Assembly (NCBI GenBank): GCA_040954595.2
Contig: CM082587.2
Location: 2,571,000 to 2,634,999 of the forward strand
Direction: 5' to 3'
Length of the DNA stretch: 64,000 nt
Source of the DNA: Balanoglossus misakiensis
Lineage: Eukaryota; Animalia; Hemichordata
The translations under genes were made by a program, and so were the position numbers. This document shows, piece by piece, positions 1-9,923 of the stretch. How positions within the stretch are numbered: position 1 is the first letter of the stretch; each line of letters opens with the position of its first letter. Below the pieces are notes generated by a model that had not been told where the DNA came from, ran no database searches, and worked only from the letters and a program-made list of their open reading frames with translations.

Positions 1-467
1 GATGTGTCATCTCCTCCATTGCAAGTCTCCATTTGTGGTCATCAGGCAACTTTTCATGATGTCATTTGTACCATGTAGTGCTTTGCTTACAGACCGAAAC
101 AGCAGTGTGTGTCACCTGTCATGTGAAAGTGATTCTACCAACATCACAACATCCCATGTCTCTCTGACTGTCATCTTTATCTTCTGATTCATTGTGAGAA
201 GACACCTGTATGATTTGATGATGATTGTATTCATAGATTATTTACTGACTGATGTATAATGTACATGTATGTACATGTATGGTAAGGGATGCCCCTTGCA
301 ATCATTTTTTCACGATTTGAATGAACCTCATTCTCTTCTAAAGTGAAAGGCAGTCAATTACAGGTAAATAGGGGTTAGAGTATTGTACTACCCATTGTAG
401 GAGCTCTTGCACCCGAAACATAAGTGACAAGTCCATGATTTATACCTTGGTAAATGTTCACTTTCAG

Positions 468-663
468 ATCTCCCACTACACTAGCCGGGCCACCAACTCT
501 CTGGTCCCTGGGTAACAGATACTGGCCCAAGCCAGTGCAGTACGCATCTGACAACCCCATCCCACCGCTGTACGCTGCAGACCCAGCCAACAAGCGACCC
601 AACAACCAAGTTGCACAGCCCTTCAAACATGGACCCGAAGTGTCTGAGGAAAACTTGGCTCCT
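468..663 (+). CDS. Gene 1 (large acidic protein with C-terminal GGCT-like domain), first visible internal exon; the gene starts upstream of the window
   Basis: Acceptor ctttcag|A and donor CCT|gtaagt. The frame is open (SPTTLAGPP...EENLAP), and its phase-0 end matches the next exon. Confidence 0.7.
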
Positions 664-791
664 GTAAGTTGACATGTTCAGATGTGGTTGTTATTAAGGG
701 ATGTGGATGAGAGATTCTTTGGGCAGACACCAGCATATTTCGTTTATATAGGGGAGCAATTTTTTTCCACTGTTGTATTTTGTTGTTTCAG

Positions 792-922
792 GATAGAATA
801 CCATCTCCCAGCCAGGAAATGAAGGAACTGACGGCCATCGGAATCCTGGAAGTGTCCAGAACATTTGCCAGACAGCGGATCCCGGTGACAGTCAAAAAGA
901 GTGGCCGCCTTCTCAAAGCCAG
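792..922 (+). CDS. Gene 1 internal exon
   Basis: Acceptor tgtttcag|GAT and donor AG|gtgtgt. Encodes DRIPSPSQEMKEL...RLLKAR; phase 0 to 2. Confidence 0.75.
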
Positions 923-1490
923 GTGTGTATTAAACAGTGTTATATGTAAGTCAGAGGAGGGACTGAGTGGACGTCAAAGCAGGTCACTCAATGAGGAACT
1001 GGTGGTTGATAGACTACTACGATGGACTTTGGAACTTGTTGTTAGTTTTAATGTAAAGAGTCAATGGCAGTCAGATGTTTGATCTCGACGACTGTGTGAA
1101 CCAACGATTATGGCATTCTTTCGTGGATGGATTGAGTCTCCCAAAGAGTTGTGAAATCAGTTCTCAAATGCCATTATCGCTAAGCGAGCAGTCACCATGT
1201 CGCATTACATGTAACTGCAAGTTTTTTTGTTCTGTCAGTGCGGCTAGAAAAGCATAGACCAGGGGCACTTCATAACATCTTGGATGGCATTAACCTTTGG
1301 GTTACCAACCCCTCTTGCCTGTACGTGGTTTTGACCACAATAACAGAGTAATGGGGATATGCCAAATAATCGTAGGGTAAACCAAAGGTAAATGTGGCAA
1401 AGGTCACATGGTGTTAGCTACAGAAATTGCAACGTACGCGTATCTTGTGTAGTTCTGTCAATTCCATACCGTCCTGTGTTTCATCACCAG

Positions 1491-1730
1491 GCTCAAACCA
1501 CTGCAAGATTTCAAAGCGGAAGGACCCACTATTTATCAGTGCCAGGGGGTGGTTGCCCAGAAGAGGGATCACTCGGCCAGTCAGAAACGCATGCAACAGA
1601 GGAAGAAGGAACTCCTGTCTCAGCTGCAGATGAAAGATATCAAGTTTGAGCGTCTGAAAACACAGGAGTCCATTCACAGGACCAGCATAGCCTCGGAGCA
1701 GGACCTGGCTGAAAGAGATCAGGATTTCAT
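1491..1730 (+). CDS. Gene 1 internal exon (predicted coiled coil)
   Basis: Acceptor tttcatcaccag|G and donor AT|gtaagt. Encodes LKPLQDFKAEG...SQKRMQQRKKELLSQLQMKDIKFERLKTQE; phase 2 to 2, consistent with its neighbours. Confidence 0.8.
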
Positions 1731-1846
1731 GTAAGTTTGTGTCCACCCAAGCATTTGTCTGTACACTGTAGTTTTAGAATGTCACAGGATTTTTCTAGTT
1801 TCAGCTACTTGGACTATAAGAAATTCACATTATCCTTATCTTTTAG

Positions 1847-4355
1847 GCATGATGAAACTCAAGTGTGGGTCAACCGACTGGCTGGCGAATACCCTCCAGA
1901 AGAGGATGAAATTACCAACAGCAATGGAACTCTGAATGGTGGGAACCAGAACATTCATCCAAACAGCTTAGCCAGTGGTGTGAGTCTCTCTGAAATCGTG
2001 CAGAGCGCAGAAACAGTAGACCCGGGTACTGTCAGTAATGGGGTCTCTGACGACAGACAGGGGCACAAAGTTGGAAACGGTTTCCAGGAAACAAATGGTG
2101 ATGATCATGACGTCCCCGCTACTAAAGAAACAGACCATGTCTTGGAAGAGAAAGAAGAAGTTGTGGATGGCAGTGTTGCCGGGAAAGACACTGGTGCTGA
2201 TGAAAGCCGGGAGGCTGAAGATCAAAGCGTAGTTGCTGAGCAACCGGTCGATGCCAGAGTGGTGAGTGAGCCGGGAGTAATTGATGGAACTGAGAAGCAA
2301 GAGGCAGAAGAACCGAGCCATCTTGCGGACAATGGGCTTGGAGATCACGAAGATCAGCCAGGAGGGGTCAGTGGAGAGGCTAGGAGCTTGGATGGCAAAG
2401 GGAGCCCGGCAGTCGAGCGAGAAGATGAAGGCAGCGACAAGAAAACAGAAGGTGACGACGGAAGGGTAGTTCTTGAAAACATTGAGGAGACGACAGAAGC
2501 TAGCAACCAGAGTGAGAAGAGAACTCTGAGCCAAGGAGGAGCGAGTGCGGCAGATAATGATGAGAAGATGATGCAGGGTGGTGATGGTAGTCATGGGAAC
2601 AAGACTGATGAGGTAGCTGGGCCTCCGGCAAGGCCCGGATCTGCCGGCAGTGAGGAAAGAGCAGCTGAGACCAAGCAGTCAGTGGAGAGTGGTCTGCCAA
2701 CAGCAGCAGTGGCAGAAAGAGATCAGTTGCAAGATGCAACTGATGTTGCAGGGAGTGGTGATGGTGTGGTTGTCAGTGCTGTAAAGATGGAGGAAACAGG
2801 GCCACCACAGACCATGCAAGGTAGTGGACAGGCTGAGCCAGCAGAGGATGGTAAAGACAATGCAGATGGCAGCATCGCAGAGTCCAGTCAGGATGCTGTG
2901 AAGGGTGAAAGTGAAGATGTTGTAACATCTGACGGACATTGCGCAGATGGGAAACCTGCTGAAGAAAAGGAAGTTGTAAAAGAAACATCTCAAGAAAATG
3001 CAACTGAACAGGTGGGAGGGGACAGTGAGGGTGCTACTGTGAGTGAAGAGACAGTGCAAAACAGTGCCAAAGAGAATGTTGAAGTAACCGGGGCAACGAC
3101 ACAGAATGAGGTAGCTGAGGAACAAATCACGGGAGAGGAGAATGTTGCAGCAGCAGGCGACAAAAGTAATGAGGAGGAAGAGGAGGAGGAACCAGATGAT
3201 GCAGGTGATAAAGATCATCACCATGGCAATGACCATTCAGGTGATAAAAAGGATGACAGTGACCCGAGCGGTGGTGGTGATGCTGGAGCAATGGGGGGTG
3301 GTGGTTCCCAGGGAAACGGTGGTGATGGAGGAGGAGGGGGAGGGAGTGGAGGAAATGATGGAGATGGCAATGATGATAAGAAATACAGTGATGGGGATCA
3401 TGGTGCTGCTGATGAGAAAGACGATGATGCAACTCAAGAGGAAGAAGAAGACAAAGTGTCTTCAGAGAAACTTGGTGCTACGAAAGTTTCTTCTGATTCC
3501 GATGAATACTGTGACTTTTGTGGACTAGACTCTGACATGTGTGTGTGCCCCACCAGCAAGGCCACGGCCAAGGCCAAAACCAAATCGACAGAGAGAACTC
3601 CTGCAGAAGGGAGTACGTGTGATGAGTGGAGTATGGGTCGACTTGATGATATTGAGATTGCTCTGCAAGATCTGGAGAGAACTTTTAGCCGCGAGAGCAA
3701 ACAAGGGGGAGGGATTGCTAGTGTTAGACCCGTCAGACCAAGAAGTGCCAATGTACAGAGCCACCGCGGCTTGCTGTCAGTGACGGGCAAGAAGTCTTCC
3801 TTGATGTCTTCCACTGCAAGTTCAAGGGCACGTCAAAGGCCGCAGTCTGCAAAATGCTACACGGACAACCACAGGGGAATGAAAGAGCTGAGAAGTTCCA
3901 GTCCGTCCGCGTCCGAGTTGTCAGAATTCTCAGAACTGGAACCGAGTTCCGAACTTGAAAAAATCGTTTCAGAGTACAAGGAAATGTTTGGGCATCCAGA
4001 AACTGCATTCTATCGAGAAGATGTCAAGGAGGATGAGCTCACCGAAACGTCCGTGCCAAGTCTGATTCCCGACAAGCAGAAATCGTGGCTTGACCATACT
4101 TTCAGCAGGACGCTGGACACAGATGCATCTGTGGGTTGGCTTGCTGGAGGGGATGCAAAGCAGTCTGGGACTTCCAAATCTGTGGACCAATCACAGGCGA
4201 GGGTGTCGTCACATGATGACCCATGTGACAGTGGGCATGCCAGTGAGGCCATTTCATTGGCTGGAGACAAGGAAGAAGAGGTGAAAGACGAAAGGCAGAA
4301 AACTGATGCTGGATTTTCAGAACCGTCCCAGAACACAAATGATAGTGAAACTAAG
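1847..4355 (+). CDS. Gene 1 giant 2509-bp exon encoding an acidic, Gly/Ser-rich low-complexity region
   Basis: Acceptor tccttatcttttag|G and donor AAG|gtaact, inside the 901-aa ORF 1737-4442. Composition is rich in E, D, G and S. Confidence 0.9.
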
Positions 4356-4517
4356 GTAACTGCTGCAATGATTGTCACTGTGTGTGTTCACCTTCCTACA
4401 GTATTAAAGTTGGGAAAACCGGGAAAACATTTGCCAATTTAAGAAAGATGAGATTTATTAGCAATGAAATATTAAAAAAGTAGACATACATCACCAAAAA
4501 TTTTTTTACTTTCCCAG

Positions 4518-4564
4518 ACCAAGGCAGACAGTGTGGAATCACAGCCTCCTGTAGGAAAGACAGG
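4518..4564 (+). CDS. Gene 1 small exon
   Basis: Acceptor ttttactttcccag|ACC and donor GG|gtgagt. Encodes TKADSVESQPPVGKTG; phase 0 to 2. Confidence 0.8.
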
Positions 4565-6362
4565 GTGAGTATATATCAACATCACTGCAGTCTGTCATGG
4601 ACTCAACATCATCTTTCACAAGAAGCCACAGTTGTTCGTGTGAATTATCATTAATCTTCATAACATCGGCTATTACGATTAGTTCTCACACCCCCATGAC
4701 AGCAGGAAATATGTGTATTAAATTAATTTAGTCTGTGTCTCACAAAGCAGGAATTTGTAGAGTTTGTTGAGTGCAGCCAGAGAGTCTGCCTCAGAATCAA
4801 ATAAAACAGATTTGTTGGAATGACTAAGGCAGTGATCAGGAATATCAATATTGGCAATGCTGCTCCAGCTTGTCAAATTTTCCAGGGAAAATAATGATGA
4901 AATATGGGCATGTAGTCCTCGGATTTATGATATATATATATGCGCACGCCTGGAGTAATTAATCTGTCTTAATTATGCTGGAACGTTCGTCTCCATTATG
5001 TTGATTTGCTGTTTCATTGGCTGGGTCCACACAGTGCTTTGAGAGAGAAGCAATGAATGTGGGTGGTTTTTCGAGTGTTTGCTGTACGTTTATTGCACAC
5101 ACTCATTCAGGCGTGTGTCATTCTGTCAAGTCGTTTGGATTACCGCGACAGCCATTGACTCGTCCCCATCCGGTTGCCGTGGCAACTGGCATCAACCACC
5201 GCCGGGAGGGGAGGTTTGATATTGTGTGGTTAACTTAAGCAGACAGGTGTGGCATATCTCCCGTGATATTTCTGCTCAATTTATCTTTTTAAATTTTCCT
5301 CCGGATTGATGCGGTAAATAATCGCTTGAAATTGCCTGATTGTGATCGGTGTGAAAAGCGATGCCTGCTCGTCATTATGTGGAGACGGTTTCCCAGGTAA
5401 TTCTCTCCGGACGTTCACCCCATGTGAACCTCCCTCTTTCTCTGTCTTCGAATTTTTTGTTTTGTTGTCTCCTCTCTGCGTTTTGTTTCATGTTGAGAAA
5501 TCCTTCATTGGTGTTGATAGCTTTGTGTGTTGTGAACAACGGTTAAGGACTCAACAATTCAGGGCTTGATCGCATCCCAGTGAAATTTGAAGGCTGTGAC
5601 AACCTTGCCACATACTTTTGATTAGTGTTTTCAATCGTGAGATATTTAAGTACATTAATGCCACCCTCACAGATGTTTGCCATGGCAACATGTCATGTCT
5701 GATGCTGTCAAAAGATAGAAAAGACTCTTTGTTGTCAGGATTGATTAAATGGAAACGGGCTCGTTCAGATGAGGTCACGCAGTTCGTATGTATAGTGTGA
5801 TGGCTAGATCAGCAGTCTGTGGAAATTGACAGGTATTTAAGCGAATTCATTGTTGATATTCGCAGAATAGTTCGTCAGCATTTTCCCTGTTTATCATATT
5901 TCCTGTGCCTTGGTCAAGGACACCGATATTCTGACATTTCCGCAATTTGAAACACTCAAGTGCAAGCAAAGCCATAAAAAATAATGAAATGCTCTTCACT
6001 TGTAGGCATTCACCTGGATCCTGATTGCCATCATGAATAAATAATTCGATTCAGAGCTGTGGCTGTCGGCTGTGTACATTGTAGATGCTCACGAATCCTG
6101 AGAGAGGGAGAGCATAAAATAGTCACAGCGCTGATATTAATAGCTACATATCCCCGGGCTATTTTCTGACTGTAATTAAGCTATTTTTGAAGCCTCACAG
6201 CTGTGGTAATATGGATTATTTGAGACTTAGCAGAGTGGTGCATGTTGTAGAAACTTGTCTCTTCCTTCCATATTTTGAGTATGGCACTATTGCAGCCTCA
6301 AAGAGACTGCATTTGTAGAGATATCATAGCATCACTGAGTTGTCTCTATTCTTCATTTGCAG

Positions 6363-6419
6363 GGACTCGCCAGAGAAGTTGTCTGTGGTTGCTACTACTA
6401 AGGCTTTATCTAAAGCCAG
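6363..6419 (+). CDS. Gene 1 small exon
   Basis: Acceptor cttcatttgcag|G and donor AG|gtaaga. Encodes DSPEKLSVVATTKALSKAR; phase 2 to 2. Confidence 0.75.
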
Positions 6420-6602
6420 GTAAGAATATTTGTCTTCTTCTTATATATATGTACGAGTATCTGGATGCTGTTTGTTGATTGTTTTCTTCACATTTGAGAC
6501 ACCAGTGTACTTCACAATTCAAGTTTGTCACAAACTGCTCACATGAAATAAATGAAACAGTTACAATAAAAATTGACATTTTTTTTCTGTTTCCTCTGTC
6601 AG

Positions 6603-6728
6603 ATCGAATAAAGCGGACGTTTCATTTCCGATTGCTCCATTTCCACCACTGAGTTTCCGTATCAATGCCATTCCACCCACCGGGAAAGTCTATTACTTTG
6701 CGTACGGTGCTGACATGAACCCCAACAG
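6603..6728 (+). CDS. Gene 1 exon, start of the GGCT-like domain (VYYFAYGADMNP)
   Basis: Acceptor tttcctctgtcag|A and donor AG|gtgagg. YFAYG matches the GGCT N-terminal signature YFAYGSN. Confidence 0.9.
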
Positions 6729-6927
6729 GTGAGGCATGAGATCATGGAGTGTTGATGAAAGTTTGACCTGCAGCCCAGGTTGGCGCGTCCGTGCATTTGC
6801 CTGCCAACATCAAGTGTGCTCTAAGTTTCTGTTTAGTTCTGGTTGATCCTGTAAAACATACATTTGTACACAAAACACTAATAATTAAGAACACGCCAAA
6901 GTTTTATAATTTATTCCCTCCTTGCAG

Positions 6928-7138
6928 GATGACCACGTACATTGGCCGTGATGTTGAGCATCGTCTCTGGGGGATCCTCTTCGGTTTCCGACTCAGATTC
7001 AACAAGAAGGGTTCTGACTTGGAAGCTGGTGGCTTCCCCAACATCGAGTGTGACCCCGCCCGGTCAGTCGAAGGCTGTGTGTATCTGCTGGACCACAGCG
7101 AACTGAGCGGACTGGATAGGTTCATGGGATACCCTGAG
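6928..7138 (+). CDS. Gene 1 exon, GGCT-like domain core
   Basis: Acceptor cctccttgcag|G and donor GAG|gtatgt. FRLRFNK..GGFPNIE..VEGCVYLL..LSGLDRFMG aligns by eye to human GGCT FKLDF..GGIATI..VWGVVWKM..LNSLDEQEG. Confidence 0.9.
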
Positions 7139-7376
7139 GTATGTGTGTTTAAGGTAATACGGACATATTTCAGAAAAATGATAATCCTCCAAACCTGTCA
7201 GTTCTTTGCTATGTTAAAGTGCGTGCAGAGAAAACAGGATGTTCATAGTCTTGTTTTCACAAAAAAATTGCTACTTGAACTGTGTTCTTCAAAGCCATAA
7301 CATAGATGTTGGCGGCCATTTTGAATTTCACATTTTAGATATTCATTCACATCATCTCAAATTGATATCTTTTCAG

Positions 7377-7500
7377 CATTACACCCGTGTAGTGTTACCC
7401 GTGTGGATGATCAATTGTCATCAACCCAATGAGCTGGGCATCGCACAGTATTGTATCCCCGCTGTCATGTATGTCGCACAAGACAAATGGACGCAAGATG
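7377..7500 (+). CDS. Gene 1 exon, GGCT-like domain
   Basis: Acceptor atcttttcag|CAT and donor G|gtgagt. Encodes HYTRVVLPVW...PAVMYVAQ. Confidence 0.85.
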
Positions 7501-7679
7501 GTGAGTATACAGAATGTAATTGAGGGACATGAATCATTCCAATATGACACAGAACTGTTGAGTTACTACAACAGTGATCTTTCACTATTATCAAAGTGTC
7601 CCTCAAGGACCATGCGAGATCTTGCATGTCTAGGCAGATGGGAGGACTATTTTAATTTGTTTGATATTTCTTCTCACAG

Positions 7680-7819
7680 ATGACAGTCTACACTATGACT
7701 ACAGCCTGAGTCAGTGCTTGAAAGGATCGGACATCCTTTCGGAGTCGTACAGGGATCATCTGAGTTCGCTGAAACCGTCAAATCCTCTGCCGCCAATTCC
7801 AACCACAGTGGCTAGCTGA
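7680..7819 (+). CDS. Gene 1 terminal coding exon (stop TGA at 7817-7819)
   Basis: Acceptor tttcttctcacag|AT. YSLSQCLKGSDILSESYRDHLSSLKP resembles the GGCT C-terminal helices (YKKIICMGAKENGLPLEYQEKLKAIEP). All 10 exons join in frame (3781 nt). Confidence 0.85.
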
Positions 7820-9869
7820 GCCAGTTCACCAAGAACAACGCACCAAGGAAATGCTGTATGCAAAGATTCCATTACCAAGGCACATATGTACTTAAAGGGA
7901 GGGGGGTGGGGGTTTAATGAGTATGATGTGTACATTTTTGAAGTTGCATATGATTTGTTGACTGATTTTGGGTGCATGCACGTCTGAAATTCAACAGCAT
8001 TGCAGTGTTTGATTGTGCAATTATGACTTCCGAGACATCTCACTCTCTCTCTCTGGTGTGTAATTTCAGTTCACAGATGCGAAGCCATTTGCATCACTCG
8101 GCCAGATTCAAATCAGTCTTTGTATGATTTTGTATAATATGAATTTTATAAGAATGAAAATGTTAACTGATTGAATTGGTGAGTTTCTGTACTTTTATGT
8201 ATGATATTGTATATAAAAAGGCATTTAAAGCTGTATTAACCATGTACACCATATGGTAAATGATTCATATCTGTCAAGGACTTCAGATATCACAATGAAA
8301 TGGCTCTTTTTTAACAAACTGGATGCATTTTCGCATTTTTATTGTAAATTCCGTCCATGCATATCCCAACTATCGATCGTTGTTTTTGGCTGCAGTGATA
8401 CGTCAAAGTATGAAATGCTTTTTAAAGAAAAACCCAATGTAGGCATATTTGACAAAGATGTAATTGTTCTTCTTTTGCAATATAATTTTTTTTTACATGA
8501 AATCTTTGGCGTTTACTGCTCTTGCTTAAAGGCACCCTGTTTGTGCAGATGTGTGTGTGTGTTGCCATGGTTGCATAAATTGAGAGTGGTGGTGTCTTCT
8601 GCACTTTGATTGGCAGGTTTACTCAGTCCCACCACGGTCCCTCCACACATAGACCGTGGTTCATGAGCTTGTCTATTTGAATAGCGCCAACAGCAGGTGA
8701 AAACATCTTGGTCGTACACTTTTGGCTTGAATGCGCAGATTCACATGGAGCGCCCTCTACACCAGTCAAACGAAGTTGCCCACATCACGGTCCACTCAAC
8801 GGTAGGTGGTTCTAGTTTTATTGGGAATTACTTGCGCCTGGTCGCTCAAGCCATGCCAAAAGTCAGTTTTAATATGTTTAGTTATTCAGATTTTCCCATG
8901 GCCATTCTCAATTCCACAACCAAGCAACAGGGAGAGATGATTTTTGTCGATTTTCGTTAGGCCAATATTTACCATGATGCGATAGTTGGCGCGAATTCAG
9001 CGACTATTTTATCGTTCCGGATCACTATCCGTGGTCAAACCAGACGTTCGATGATTGCTTATTCATAATTTCGCATTATCATAGCCTGATACCAAGCTTA
9101 TCTGTGAATGAAAGCAACCAGCGAGCGTGAGGCCGAGGACATTGTTTCTTTATAGCGCCCCCATGACTTTCCCATGACCACCCGGCATGTCAATCAAACT
9201 ACTTTACATACTAAAATCTATCGCAAGGAGCAGTGAAACGTTTATACTTGACGTTTGATTTGAACCGACTCTGTGTTTCTTGTACAAATGCCAGTTCCCC
9301 TGTTCGATGGAGACATATCTGTTCCCCCCAAATCCCAGCGTGCGTGTTTGTGTGTTTCTCTACCGTTGCCACTACTTTCATTGCCACCGACGTTGAGCGT
9401 CGTGTGACGGGCACATAGAATGCCATCTCACCGAGTAAAATACAAGCACGTCAATGTCACCGTGGACGTGAAAGACAACGCCGGACATGATTGTCACTTA
9501 AAGAACAAAACGACGCTGACATGTTGATGTCTCCATTCCGGCTTCATCGCACATCTCTGAGACAGGAGCAGTCCACTGTTAAATTACTATTACCGTTGTC
9601 CCTCCTAGATCATCCGGGGAAATTCCTGGCCCTTTTTGTTTGTGACAAACGCTTTCCGCCTGAACAGGTAGTCGCATTCTGCAAACTTTAATCATCTTGG
9701 GCGACGGGAAAGTCAACATCAAAAATGTGTGGGACTTCTCAGTTGTAATGAAAATGGTTTCCACGTCCATTTTTTTTTCTAAATTCGTCAGTGTCGCGTT
9801 TTGAGAGAAAAACGGATTGAGACCGACCACGCATGTCGTGAAAGTGTTTTTCGTCATTTCACAGTGATA

Positions 9870-9923
<54 letters not shown>
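9870..9923. repeat. (ATG)n microsatellite, about 18 units
   Basis: Read directly from the sequence. It explains the poly-His and poly-Ile runs in spurious minus-strand ORFs. Confidence 0.95.

Noticed and set aside
1968-4378. Multiple minus-strand and alternate-frame ORFs overlapping the giant exon
   Set aside because: Shadow ORFs of a low-complexity, purine-rich coding exon, with no recognisable domains.
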